A stretch of 63,765 nt of DNA, filler included, from Saprolegnia diclina VS20 (lineage: Eukaryota): NCBI RefSeq assembly GCF_000281045.1. It is 5 parts of 2 records of this genome, joined end to end, with 100 filler letters (N's around TTAATTAATTAA, not from the genome) between each part and the next. Parts side by side here need not be neighbours in the genome. Positions count along the whole stretch, not along the records: positions 1 to 30,893 come from NW_008246172.1; 4 more parts are not named here. One strand, 5' to 3'. The notes beneath the pieces were generated by a model, which was given only the letters and a program-made list of their open reading frames with translations, did no database searches and was not told the DNA's origin. This document shows, piece after piece, positions 16,000-28,061 of this stretch; within the stretch, counting starts at the first letter, position 1, and the number at the start of each line of letters is the position of its first letter. The position numbers and the translations under genes were made by a program.

Positions 16000-16851
16000 T
16001 TACTGCGCTTGGTCGAGCAGCTCGAGAATGTCGGCTTCAAAGTCCATCGGCGCCGTCTGCGGACTGTAGCGCTTGAACGGCTTGCCGTTGCGGTCGACGA
16101 GGAACTTGGTAAAGTTCCACTTGATGGCCGATCCGAGCGTCCCCGTGAGCTTGCTCCGGAGGTACGCGTACACGGGCTGCGTGTTGTCGCCGTTGACGTC
16201 CGCCTTCTCAAAGAAGGGGAACGTCGCGTTGAAGTCGGCGACGAAGGCCATGATTTCTTCGTTCGTGCCGGGCTCTTGGCCGCCAAATTGGTTGCACGGG
16301 TATGCGAGGATCTGCAGGCCGCGGTCGCGGTACTTGTTGTCGAGCTCAACGAGTTGAGTGTAGTTGAGCTTCGTGAGGCCTCAGGCCGATGCCACGTTTA
16401 CGACGAGGCACACGCGCCCGCGGTACGTCTCCATGGGTACGCAGCGGCCTTGCATGTCGTAGCTCTCGAGCTCGAAAAAGGACTTGGCGAGCGTCGGGTC
16501 AATGGTCGTTGCCCGGCGGATCGTGGCGCCGGCGCGCTGGAACGCTTCCATCCACGACGTCTGCTCTGGCGCCGAGGCCGCGGCCACCGTCACACGCTCG
16601 TCGCCAGACTTGAGCAGCATCGCGTGGGCGCTGGCCGTGTCTGGCTCGACCGACGTGACCTGCGTGTTGCAGTCAAAGGTCGTGTGGGTCACGGTCTGGG
16701 CTTCGTTGGTGATCGTAATCTTCTTCTCGGCCGCGTCGGCGACCACGTGGACCGTGTCGGTCTTGACGCAGCTGCCAAAGAAGCCGCGGAATCGACCCTT
16801 GTCCAGCGTGAGCCGCTTCAGACGGCCCGAGACGGACGATGTAGCTTCCAT
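16000..16851 (-). CDS. PH-like domain - selenocysteine glutathione peroxidase fusion C (283 aa; UGA at 16381-16383)
   Basis: Track ORFs 16381..16851 and 16000..16251 are one frame interrupted only by UGA in NVASA-U-GLTKLNY; N-terminal ~110 aa has a PH pattern (SGRLKR... and VAAASAPEQTSWMEAFQ); SECIS downstream. Confidence 0.9.
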
Positions 16852-17499
16852 GTTTGGGGAGATTTAGAAAATGTCCTTTTCAGTTTGCCGTTTGACGTTG
16901 CACTGACCAACCAATCAAAATGCGCGATAGTGTGTATACTTCATGTTTGTATACTCATGTAAGACTGGGATTTGCGACATGTACATGCGAGTATTTGGAG
17001 CACCTTTCGAATCGTGATTCGTCGCCAGCCATCGGTACGCGATCGGCGCGGCTCCATGCACCCGGTCGTCGCAAGCTGAACAGTATCGAGGCACCGCTTT
17101 ATCACAGAATTACAGAGCAATTCAAACGACAATATCTCTCTACTGTGGCACAAGCATGTCTTCTGCATTTTTGCACAAGTCGATAGGTTTGCCCATGAGA
17201 GCTCCCACCGTGCGGTATGCGGCAAGATACTCGCGGGTGGTGGGACCCGACACCTGACTCGGTCACCTGACTCCGAAGGTCCCGGAACGAGCGAAAGGGC
17301 AGCGATCTGGTCACCGACCTAGTTTGCTCAACAGGAATATGCTGGCGAAGTTGCAACGACGAAAGCACGTCGACGCAGATGCCCTCGATGCCTTGAAGCA
17401 GCGTCGTCACGTCAGAAATGGCAGATGGCAGAAAAAAACACCTGCACTTTTGACGGGAGACATTAGTTTGTCGACAAGATGCTTAATTCGATGGGCTCA

Positions 17500-19653
17500 T
17501 TAGCACGCGTCGCAGTAGGTGCACACGTTGCAGTCGCGGCCCTGGACGCGCTTGGTGGTGATGTGGTTGCGGCATACAAAGTACGTGCAGATCGAGCACT
17601 GCTGGCGTTTGGCAAAGAGCGAAAACTTGGCGTGGCAGTCGAGAATGCTGCAGTACCACGTCGAGTAACACCGGATCTTGGTGCTATCGTCGTCGTCGCC
17701 TTCGTCGTCCGTGAGTACATTTTGCGTCGGTGGTGGGACGCCGTAGAGCCAGAGCAAGTCGAGTGGCGCCGCCGCCTACCATCCCGTGATATGCGTGCTG
17801 TCGAGAAGCAATGTGTGTACCTCCACGAGCGCCGACGAGACGCTGCACTTGTGGTTGGGCGCGCACCGCTGCGGACAAAAAAGCGCTTTGCAGCTTTGGC
17901 ACTGCTTCTTCAGGAGGTGGTTCCAGACGTGGAACGGCGTGTTGCAGCCGAGGCAGACACCGCCGCCGACCAGCGCCGCGCTTGCTTCAACCGGCGTGAG
18001 CTCCCACTGCCGCGCGAGCTCCAGCGGCGTCTTGCGCGCAATGAGCGGCGGCAACCCCGCGCCACTCGCGACGTTGATGTTGGCGCCACGCCGCCACAAG
18101 AGGCGAATGATGTCGGGCTGGTTGCGCACGATGGCAAAATGCAGTGGCCGAAGCTCCCACTCGTCGCCGGCGTTGACGTTGGCGCCCTTCTACTGCCAGT
18201 TGCATGAGGAAAAACATGTAGAGACAACAAGTCGACCTCGAGAGCAAAGACGGCGATCGCGATCGAGCCATACCACGTCGCAAGGTGCAGCACCTGCACA
18301 CATACCACAGATCGGCCAACCTCCTATAAGAAAGAGAGCTCGACAACGTACTTCGTTGGCGACAACGACCGACGACGTCGGGTCTGGACGCGTCTTTTGC
18401 CACACATCCCAGAGCACGAGCATGGTTTGGACGGCGCCAGCTTCGATCACTGCGTCCCACGCCTCGGAGAGCGTCCGTCGCTTCACAAAGGGCCAGAGGG
18501 GGCTGCGTGTCGCACTCGCGGTGCGCTGCAGAAGGCCCCCGTACGCCACGGCCGACGGCACGGGCGGCACACTCAGCGCCGCCATCACAATCTGGTACGT
18601 GTCGACGTGCTTGGTGACACTCTTGAAGTCGCGCAACAGGTCGTCAAACGACATGGAGAGCAGCTGCGCTTCGACGCTCTACACGCCATATACATTCCGT
18701 CCAGTTGTATGAGGGATACGCAAACCTGAAGCAGCGCAATACCAATGCGGAACATGACGTCCGTGACGTCGGCGAGCACAAGGTCGAGAACGGCGTGCGA
18801 GAGCTCAATTTTGCTCGAACAGGCAAACTACGCGCGTCGCGTCAGCCGACTGCGACAGGGACACGGAGGTACCATGGTCGTAAACCACTCGATGCCGTAG
18901 AGGTACACGTCAAAGCCGACCGCGTCGAGCTTGGCCGCGAGCTCGGGCAGCAGCTCGGCCACGCGCGCTTGGAAGCGCTGCAAGTACTCGTTCAGAAAGA
19001 CCGACGAGTCCTTGTAAAACTAGACGCAAATGAGTTCGATCGTGACCATCGCCACTTACTTGGCTCATGTGCTTGTGCTGGAGGAGGTAGACAAAGGTCG
19101 CGTACGCATCGGCTTCCGGTAGCCCGGCCTCGAGAAAGACGGCCGCGATGAAGTTCATGCCCTGACAATACCCGTTCTCAGCGCGTGCGACCCCGTTGAG
19201 GACGCGGAAGAGCGACGGCTCGAGCGCGCGGTACGCCTCGTCGTCCGATGCATCAAAGATGCAGAACGTGCGCGCCACATCACGTTCGATGAGCTCCGAG
19301 TACGCGTGGCGCGGCGAAGCGATCTATGCGCCAGCGTGAGCTGCGGGCGACGGACGGAGGCGCACCTGGTCGTAAACATGGCGGTGGATGTGGGCGACGG
19401 GCGCCGGGATCGACCAGCGCAGGCCTTTTGTCGGCTCGGTCAGCGCTAGCACCTTGGCGCGCTCGGCGTCGTCGGCAAAGTTGACGCGCTTCACGACGTG
19501 CTTCCAGAAGACATCCCGCGCTGGCATCGCGGAGCTGCACTTGACCTGGCAGAGCAAGGCGACAATCCCATCAACCGGATGTGCACTGGTATCCGTATTA
19601 TCCGGAAACCAACATTCCAACGACAGGCTAAACACACGCAATACAAATGACAT
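17500..19653 (-). CDS. TBC (Rab-GAP) + ankyrin repeats + two FYVE-like zinc fingers; spliced
   Basis: IERDVART and GYCQGMNF TBC catalytic motifs; LHLA/PLHFA/GANIN/TPLELA ankyrin motifs; two CxxC..F....K.QCxxC...C zinc fingers. Confidence 0.85.
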
Positions 19654-20226
19654 GGAGCTCACAGGCCTCTGTCGTGAGCGCACGGTGCCTGCTGCCGCGA
19701 CGGTATTAGCACCGTACAAAGCAGATAACTACTAATTACTGGGTCTCACGCTAATATAGAGCGTATCGCCCAGCAATAGGTCTATCTTGCGAGTGGTGAC
19801 CAAATCCAACCAGCAAAGTTGGGTAGCCTTGAGCGGCGATACACTTGTACTTGTGACGACTACCCGGACGGTGGCGTCCCGCGAAGCGGTTGAAACGACC
19901 GACCATGCACATTACGACACTGTCTCGCCACCGAGAGCGGACATACGTATTGTATTTGCCCACGACCATCGCTATTTAAGCACGTCACCGCTTCAAAAAT
20001 ACACAAAAAGCTAGCATTTGCCTTTTCTCTTTCCCCACCAGCGACCCTTGAGCCAGAATCCTCTTGGGCACAACAGAAAGTGCATTGAAAGGGGTTATTT
20101 GGGTGTTTTTAGCTGCCTGTAGACCGACACCACCGCCCGTTTCCGGTTTCTGGCTCTCTGCGCTTCAGAGAAAATGACGTGGCGGCTTGTCATGTAACCT
20201 CCAAGTGCACGCCTGCGGTTAAAAAA

Positions 20227-20492
20227 TATATATATATGAACGTGTTTCGCGTTATCTTCCTAATTACAAAAAGACTTTGCATACGTAGAGACTAGCAGTC
20301 TCTTTCTTCTTCATTCGCCCGCCGGTCCGTGGCTGCGCAGGCGGCGGCGCGGGGGCTCGTCTGGCTCTTCTGTCGTCGCCCTACGACGCTTGTGACCGCG
20401 GGTGAGGTACTGGACGACACGGTCGGTCAAATCTTTCCAGGCGTCGCAGGCGGCGGCAAAGCTACGCAGTTTGTCAAGGTCGTCGGGAGTCG
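20227..20492 (-). mobile_element. 5'-truncated 3' end of a non-LTR retrotransposon (RTE-like C-terminus) with (AT)n tail; copy 1
   Basis: Highly similar to 62090-62354 in the opposite orientation; ORF end FAAACDAWKDLTDRVV (AxDRxxW-type), short 3' UTR, microsatellite tail. Confidence 0.7.
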
Positions 20493-20797
20493 CCAGCGAG
20501 TCAGCGACTGGAGGTCGCGGTGCAGGACGATCGGCAGCGTGATCTTGCCTTGTCATCGTCGCTCGCGTCGTCGGTCGATCGCGAAGGCTGCACAGATTGC
20601 GTCCTCGTGGTATTGACAGCTGCACCGCGCGGGGCGCGACCTTCCTGGCCGCGGGGTGCCGCAGTTGTTGCAGACGTTGCCGAAGTCCGCTGCGGCGGCG
20701 CTGGCTGCTGTGCGTCAGGTCGCGCGGGCTCGGCTTGGTTCGCAGCAGGCGGGGCGGCGCGGGCCGGTCGCGCATCGGGCATCGTCGGTCGGGTCAC

Positions 20798-21046
20798 GCA
20801 GTGGTTACCCCAAATGGCGGCGCTGGCTTGGATGTGGTCAACGGACAAGCGGCGCTCGAGGCCTTGGACAACCGGCTTGTGCAGCCCGAGCCGGTGCGCG
20901 AGAACCGTCTCGTTCATCTTGTAGGCAGATCCAAGGGCACCATACACCAAGGCTGCGCAGTAGACTTCATCGTACGTCTGGCGCAAATGCGGCCCGAGCT
21001 CGGAGTACTTGTCCTCGTTCTTGCGCGCGATGCGTTCAAATGGACA
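20798..21046 (-). mobile_element. Fragment of the restriction-like endonuclease (RLE) C-terminus of an R2/NeSL/Utopia-type non-LTR retrotransposon
   Basis: CPFE...RKNEDKYSELGPHL...ALVYGALGSAYKMNETVL..LGL fits the KxxKY...GALG..N..L..LG RLE pattern. Confidence 0.6.
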
Positions 21047-21787
21047 ACCATTGGGCGTCCCGTTGGTCGTGTGCGGTTTGTGACAGAATATCCTCTTTTG
21101 CAGCCAAGTCCTTGGCCTGGAGCCGTCGTTCATAGAGGTAGAGCTCAGCAAACCTGCTCTCGAAACCTCCTTGTGTAATACGTCCTGGAGAGCTAACAAC
21201 AGCAGTAGCAGCAAGGTAAGTAGGTGCATAGAGGGACATCGTACGTCGCTTTGCAGCACTGATGTGCAGCTAGAACCGGATCTCGTCCTCCCGTGTGGTA
21301 CTTCCAAAGGGCACCCAATATGTACATCGTTCTACAGTGCACACTAGCCCAGATCGGTAGACCAAATGCTTCGGGTCTATCTATACGACCATCCCATCTT
21401 CAAGTTGGCGTGCGGTGACAGCAACTCTCAAGTACGAGGGCGCAAGTAGTAGACGCAAATGCTAGACGCTAGGTTCGTGGCTGTCGCCTGTGTTTCTGCT
21501 CTGCAGCCAGGTACATCAAGGCGGGTTGTCCAACGGTCGTTCCATCGATCCCCGACTGAAAGATCGCCAAGCACCCTCCTTGCAACGACATACAAATCGA
21601 GTGTCTTTTTTAATTATTTTGCTGGACCCAAATCCAAGCCAGGATTCGATCGTGGGCGCTAGATTCGATTATATAGGTTGTTGTATACGTTAGCATCTAC
21701 TCGTGCTCGGGTTGCACGTCAAATCCCGGATCCGAAGCTCCACGAGGTCCGGCGGCCTTCGTGCGACGACCTCATTCTAACTTTGCC

Positions 21788-23617
21788 ATGGTGTCGCTCC
21801 GGTACCTGCTTGGCGTCGCTCTCGCCGCCATGACCCTTCTTCTGCTGGTGATCGTGCGGGATGCGGTCGAACGCCGCTTGCTGCTGGTCCCGTTGCGGTA
21901 TCTGCAGCAGCATTCCGTCGCCTTGTCACCCGACGAGCTTGACGACGAGTCGGACACCGACGACGTCGACGGCACTCCGTTCCTTCCTGGCTGGATCGAA
22001 AACTGCGTACCGTACGACATTGTCTCGACCGTCGACCCTGCTGGCGACGCCTCGATCACGTGGCGGACGCATCGGATGTACAAGAGCAGCAACGAGAACG
22101 ACGGCTGGGTCGAGTGCGGCGCCGGCAAAGGCCACGTGCAGTTCCGCGCCGTGGGCCAAGCGCAGTACGAATCCATCTACAGCACTGCCGACCGCGACGC
22201 CGACGGCAACATCACGACGCACGTCGTGTCTTTTGCCGTGCCCGACCCCGCCGCCGCCTACGAGTTTATCGTCGGGTCGCACCATCACGGGTACTCGAGC
22301 CGCCACCGACTCGGACACAACGTCGACTACTCGCTCTCGCACGGCTTTGCGTGTCGCCCAACGCGCGTTCACGCCGCGTACGGCGCGTCACCCAGCACAT
22401 TTACCATTCAATGGGCGACGCCGCCAGAGTGCACCAATGGCCGCCACGTCCTTGTCGTCCGTGAAGAGGCCGCCATCGATGACGCACAGGCGTCGCGGAC
22501 CTTTGTCGCAAATTCGATCGTGTTTGGCGCAAGGTACGAGCACGTCGCGCTGGCGGTGCAGCTCAAGAGCAACACGCGCTACGCCTACTACGTCGGCAAC
22601 GACGCGTACAGCCGGTCGATTCTCTATTCGTTCACGACGCCGCGCGGCATCGACGACGCGCCGGCACCGCTCCGGCTGCTCGTGACGGGCGACATTGGGT
22701 ACCAGAACGCCGCGACGCTGCCCATGATGCAATCGGAGGTCGCGAGTGGCGACATCGACGCCGTCATCTCGGTCGGCGACTACGCGTACAACTTGCACAG
22801 CGCGAAAGGCGTCGTCGGCGACATCTTTATGACCGAGATCGAGCCGATCGCGGCGACCGTGCCGTTCATGGTGGCCATGGGCAACCACGAAGTGAAGCAG
22901 CATTTCTCCCACTACACGTACCGCTTCCAGCTCATGCCCGCCAACGCTGGAACTGTCTCCATCCAAGGCCGCACTCTGCGCAACAACTGGTTCTACTCGT
23001 ACAACGTCGGGCTTGTGCACTTTGTCGTGGTCAACACCGAAGTCTATTTTACAAACCACGTCGACGAGCCCAGCATTGAGGCGCGTCAGCGCGCGTGGCT
23101 TCAAGACGACCTTGCGACCGCCAACGCCAACCGAACGGCGGCGCCGTGGATCATCGTCGTCGGCCACCGCCCACTCTACTGCACGTCCGACACTGAGTGC
23201 GACGGGCCGGCGCGCGTCCTCCGCCAGGCACTCGAGCCGCACTTCTTCGCGCACGGCGTGGACCTCTATTTATGCGGCCACCAGCACAACTACGAACGCA
23301 TGTTTGACATCTACGATGGCGTTACCGAGCGTCGGACACGCAACATGCGGGCGACGACGCACATCCTCACGGGCGCCGCGGGCCAAAGTCGCGTCCTTCC
23401 GGTCCGCAAGCCGTTTCTGCGGGCGGCCGCGCCGTGGGACGCCTTCCGCAACAACATTTTTGGCTACGGCCGGCTCACGATCGCCAACGCCACGCATTTG
23501 CACTGGGCGCAAGTTGAGTGCGACCCAGCCAACCCCGCAGCGTCGCATCTCAACGGCAAAGCTGTCGACGACGTCTGGCTCGTGCAGGAGCACCACGGCA
23601 GCTTTGCGTCCCCATAA
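21788..23617 (+). CDS. Purple acid phosphatase (ACP7-like metallophosphoesterase) with N-terminal membrane anchor, intronless
   Basis: GDIG, GDYAY, GNHE, GHRP, GHQH metal-ligand motifs; FN3-like N-domain (LKSNTRYAYYVG). Confidence 0.93.
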   Translation: MVSLRYLLGVALAAMTLLLLVIVRDAVERRLLLVPLRYLQQHSVALSPDELDDESDTDDVDGTPFLPGWIENCVPYDIVSTVDPAGDASITWRTHRMYKSSNENDGWVECGAGKGHVQFRAVGQAQYESIYSTADRDADGNITTHVVSFAVPDPAAAYEFIVGSHHHGYSSRHRLGHNVDYSLSHGFACRPTRVHAAYGASPSTFTIQWATPPECTNGRHVLVVREEAAIDDAQASRTFVANSIVFGARYEHVALAVQLKSNTRYAYYVGNDAYSRSILYSFTTPRGIDDAPAPLRLLVTGDIGYQNAATLPMMQSEVASGDIDAVISVGDYAYNLHSAKGVVGDIFMTEIEPIAATVPFMVAMGNHEVKQHFSHYTYRFQLMPANAGTVSIQGRTLRNNWFYSYNVGLVHFVVVNTEVYFTNHVDEPSIEARQRAWLQDDLATANANRTAAPWIIVVGHRPLYCTSDTECDGPARVLRQALEPHFFAHGVDLYLCGHQHNYERMFDIYDGVTERRTRNMRATTHILTGAAGQSRVLPVRKPFLRAAAPWDAFRNNIFGYGRLTIANATHLHWAQVECDPANPAASHLNGKAVDDVWLVQEHHGSFASP

Positions 23618-23851
23618 CTTAAACCTCGTCATATTCTCGTTCACGACTGGTATTGTGAGCACCAACATGATCGGACGTGTGATCACATCGTGTCCATCTG
23701 GTCTAGACCAGCTTAGTGACCGTCTAGAAACCGTCTAGAAACCGTCAGAAAGAGGAGATAAGCGATCAAATGTAGCTGGGGCGATCGCGACAAAGCCACA
23801 ACAGTTCACAGAATGGCCTTGATTCCAGTCACACACAAATGATAAGGGTTA

Positions 23852-24967
23852 CTACTTGCCGACGTCCGTGATCGCCGACGACAGATCGTTAAAATAGGCG
23901 TGCTTCATCGCGTCCGCGGCCGTGATGCGCTTGGCCGGGTCGTAGCGCAGCATTTGCTACAGTTGTTTCCAGTCAGCGCAAGAAGTTAGCTCACGAGTAC
24001 CTCGAGCAGGTCGAGGCCTGCGGGGTCGAGGGACGGCACGAGGTGCGCAAGGTTGTCCGGCGGTGGGTACATGGCAAAATCGGGCTACCCCAAATCAGCG
24101 TGCAACTAGCCTCCGTCTCGTACCTTGTACTCGGGCAGGTCGACCATGCCCGGGTAGATGTCGACCGTTGGCGTGCCGAGCAAACGAAAGATGCGGTCGA
24201 GCTGGTCGCCCTCGGACGTGCCTGCAAACAACGGGCCGCCGTTGGCCATCTCGGCGAAGATGCAGCCAATGCTCCAAATGTCCACGGGCGTCGAGTACTT
24301 CCTACCATTCCGCGTGAGCGTATCAAGGCGCATGGATGGTCGTACCGCGAGCCCATGAGCACGTCGGGCGACCGGTACCAAAGCGTCACGACTTCGTGTG
24401 TGTAGCTACATGCATACTGAGCTCGCTCTTCAGACAGCAAAGACGTGTACCTGCGAACTGGAATGCCAAAGGCGCGGGCGAGACCAAAGTCGGCGAGCTT
24501 CAGTTCGCCTTCACGGTTGATGAGCAGGTTCTGGGGCTTCAGGTCGCTGCAAATGGCACACCGTTAGAGCCACATGGACACGCGCGCGCGTACCGGTGCA
24601 AGACGCGGTGCTGGTGGCAGTACGCAATGCCCCGCAAGAGCTGAAAGAGGAAGCTCTTCAAAATGGGCTTCTCCAGACCCTTCTCGCACACGTCGAGGTA
24701 CTTCTTGAGGTCCTGGTCGAGGTACTCGAAGACGAGCGTGAGCTTGCGCTCCGTGTGCACAATGTTGTAGAGGCGCACAATGTTGGCGTGCTGGAGCTCC
24801 TTGAGCAGCGAGATCTCGCGGATCGCGGTCGACGGAATACCCTCGTCTTCGGCCTCGAGCCGGATCTTCTTGAGCGCAATGATCTCGCCCGTCACGCGGT
24901 CCTTGGCCTTGTACACGACGCCGTACGTCCCTTCGCCGACCTTCTCGAGCTTCTGGTACCGCTCCAT
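23852..24967 (-). CDS. Cyclin-dependent kinase, cdc2/CDK5-like PSTAIRE kinase; spliced
   Basis: GEGTYG, PSTAIRE, HR|DLKPQN, DFGLAR, VVTLWYR, DIWSIGC. Confidence 0.96.
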
Positions 24968-25913
24968 GATGCTCCAACCAAACTGACGGCGGCAGGCAGC
25001 GCCGGTTCGTATCCGGATGCTCGCCACAACTGGCCCGCCCACTCTCAATCTCAATGCCCTTTCTCAAGCTCCACTCGAACCCAACACGCGCGCGTGGGAG
25101 AGAGCATCTCGAATTTCGGTACAATTGTCGTACCCAGCGTGAGGGACCAAGAAGGCAATTCTCCCGTGGAAGCTGGCGGCGGCGGGTCCGCTGAAGGGGA
25201 TCCGCGCGGGTTGTTGAAGATGGAACCGACGTCTAGTACTGCGGTGTATGTGGACTTGGATGTACCGAGACACGCGACGTCAACTAACTGATCGAGGCAA
25301 ATCCCACCCAAGTGCAAACTCAACGCTCAAACTCAAAGCCAACTCGTAAAAGCGCGCCAGAATACCGCCGCTTCAACCGTCTTGCATCGTCTCCATCTGG
25401 TGGTGGATCGACACCATGCGAGCAACGGTGCGGCTCGGGCACGTGCGCGTTGATGTCGAGGGCCGCGTGCGGTGCAGCGCAATAATGGTGCAGCGAGTGA
25501 AGCGTACCACCGAGTCTGTGAGAGTCAGGTCCCGTCATGGCGCGTGCCGACGAGGCGCTGCAGCTATACGAGTCCACGACCATCAACGCAGCGTCACGAA
25601 CCATACCACGCAGGCGAATGCGCAACTCGTACTTGGCTTCCACGCTTGCCCGAAAGATGCGCTGGCTACCTGAGGTTTCTCTGCGGTGGGTGTCAGTAGG
25701 CTACGAGATGCCCGCGAGTACGTTCAATATGACGTGGGATCGCCTGCTGGTGCCCCATGCTGCCAGCTCACGAGCCCTGGCTCAATCGAAGCGACTTCAA
25801 CTTTGCCAAAAATCAACCGCACGGCGAAGAGTCGGTGTATGCATCTCATTGGCCAAAAATGCGTGGAATATGGCCAATCCGGATCAAGTTCAACGTGGAG
25901 TCACGTGAGAAGA

Positions 25914-27991
25914 ATGCCCAGTTTAAAAGATCTTGACTACAACATGCAGAGCACAACGCGGCCACGGGACCGCGCAGCAGCGACGGTCGTCTTCTCGACC
26001 AAGACGGCGACCCGGCGCGAGAGAGACACGAAGGAGGTCGAGGCCATGCTGACCCGCAGCCGCGAGAGCGCCCAGGACTCCGGCGAGGTCGAGGCGCATA
26101 GCAGCTTGCAGCTCGACCTCGACTTGACGCAAGTCTCGCGCGAGGAAAGCAGCGAGCTGGAAGGCAAGCCGCCCGCCAGCAATAGCGATTACAGTGAAGC
26201 CGCAACGCCGAGCCCAACGCCGATTCGGAAGCGCAGCCGGCGGTCGTCGCGGAAAAGCTCCAGCGCCGACAAGGAGCAGTCGACCATGAACGCGAGTGTC
26301 CGGCGCTTGCGGCCGTCAAAAGCGCTCCTGCAGCTCGAGACAGCGTCCGTATCCGAGTGCGTCCAAGCCATGGTCAAGTACCGCACCGAGGCGACCCTCG
26401 TCACGGATGCGTCGGGTACGCTGACGGGTATCTTGACCGATAAGGTACGTACCGCCGCATGGACGCATGAAGTCCTATGAGCCGAATATAGGACATTGCG
26501 CTCCGTGTCGTTGCGATGGGGCTCGACCCAGAGACGACGCTTGTCGTGGACGTCATGACGCTGAACCCGTCGTGCGTCTCGCCCCGTGCGTGCGCGATCG
26601 AAGCTCTCGAGCAGATGATTTCGGGCCAGTTCCGGCACTTGCCTGTGGCCGAGAACGGGATCGGTGCGCTCGCGTCTCCTCAATCAGTCGTTTAGTATTT
26701 GCCTAGTCGTGGGCATTTTGGACATTGCCAAGTGCCTCTACGATGCCATCTCCAAGATTGAGCAAGCCTACATTGCCTCGTCCAACCAGTTTACCGAAAC
26801 CTTGGTAAGTGCAACGTATTGTCATCGTATGGAGTCTCATCCTGATCCTGCAGATGGACGCCAACATGACGGGCACCGAGGCCAGCCTCTTTGAGATGAT
26901 GCGGGAATCGGTCTCGTGCCTGTAGCTTTTGTCATTCACCTCTCACATTCGTCCTAGCTCTTTTTGCCGACGCTGCGCAACATTATCGACGGGTCGGTCG
27001 ACGTGCCCGAGATTGCCGATGGCGCCACGACCCGCCAAGCCTCGCTCTTGATGCTGCAGAAGAACTCGAGCGCCGGTACGCGTATATCCTTTGAATGCGA
27101 GTGGTCACGCTCTGTCTAGTCATGGTGCTGCGGCCCAACGGCGAGATGGTCGGCATCCTCACGACCAAGGACCTCATGCGGCGCGTGCTCGCCGTCGGCA
27201 AGAGTCCGTCGAGCTGCCTCGTGCGCGACGCGATGACGGGCAACCCCGACTGCGCGCGCCTCGACACGACGATCCTTGACGCGCTCCACTCGATGCACGA
27301 CGGCAAGTTTCTCCACCTCCCGGTGCTCAACGACGACGGCGCGGTCGTCGGTCTCGCCGACGTGCTCCAAGTCACGTGCAGCGTCGTGCACCAAATGGGC
27401 AGCTTCCAGAAGCAGCACACGGCGAGCGGCAATCCGCTCTGGAACAAATTTTGGAACTCGATGTTCAACCCGCCGCCGCTACTGCCGCCGACGAACGAGG
27501 TGGCGGCAGTCGTTGCCAGCACGCCCGAAGTGCTCTTTGTGTACAAGCTCGTCGATCGCGACGGCAACACGCACCGCTTCACGGCGTCGGCGACGTCGTT
27601 GGCCGCGCTCAAGGAGCACGTCTCGGCGCGTCTCGGTGCGGCGGCGACGGTCCACTACATTGACGAAGACGATGGCGAAACCGTCTTGCTGTTTGTGGAC
27701 GCCGACCTCGAGCTCGCGGTCGCCCAAGCGCGCCGCCGGCGGGCGTCGTACGTGCGTCTCACGGTCAAGGAGCCCGTGGCAAAAGGGACGGAGGACGAGT
27801 TTGATATTGAGGCGCGTCTCCAGGCCTTGCCCGTGGACGAGACCAAGATGTCGCTCAAGCAGCCGGGGGCCGCGAGCGTCATGTCCGAGTCCAAGCTCCA
27901 GCGCCGCGCGAACCGTCAAAAGACGATGCTCGTCGCTGCGGTCGTCGGTGTCACGGGCGCCGCGTACGCTTTTTTGCGCAAGAAGGCGTAA
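25914..27991 (+). CDS. CBS-domain + PB1 protein with C-terminal membrane anchor (CBSCBSPB-like); spliced, start approximate
   Basis: GILTDKDIALRV, GQFRHLPV, GILTTKDL, GKFLHLPV CBS motifs; YIDEDD..VLL..DADL PB1 acidic motif; hydrophobic C-terminal tail. Confidence 0.85.
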
Positions 27992-28061
27992 ATGGTGCCG
28001 TAATATGAAGCATCAAGTGAGACGTTGGCCTGCGTTTGTTGTGCACTGCGTTCTACTACTG

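Noticed and set aside
12499..16851. GPx genes read as pseudogenes with premature stops
   Set aside because: All three stops are TGA, at the catalytic position, each paired with a SECIS
23719..23751. CCGTCTAGAAA short tandem repeat
   Set aside because: Only ~3 adjacent units with no spacers; slippage repeat, not CRISPR-like
25320..25900. Short ORFs between the CDK and CBS genes
   Set aside because: No recognisable motifs or consistent frame
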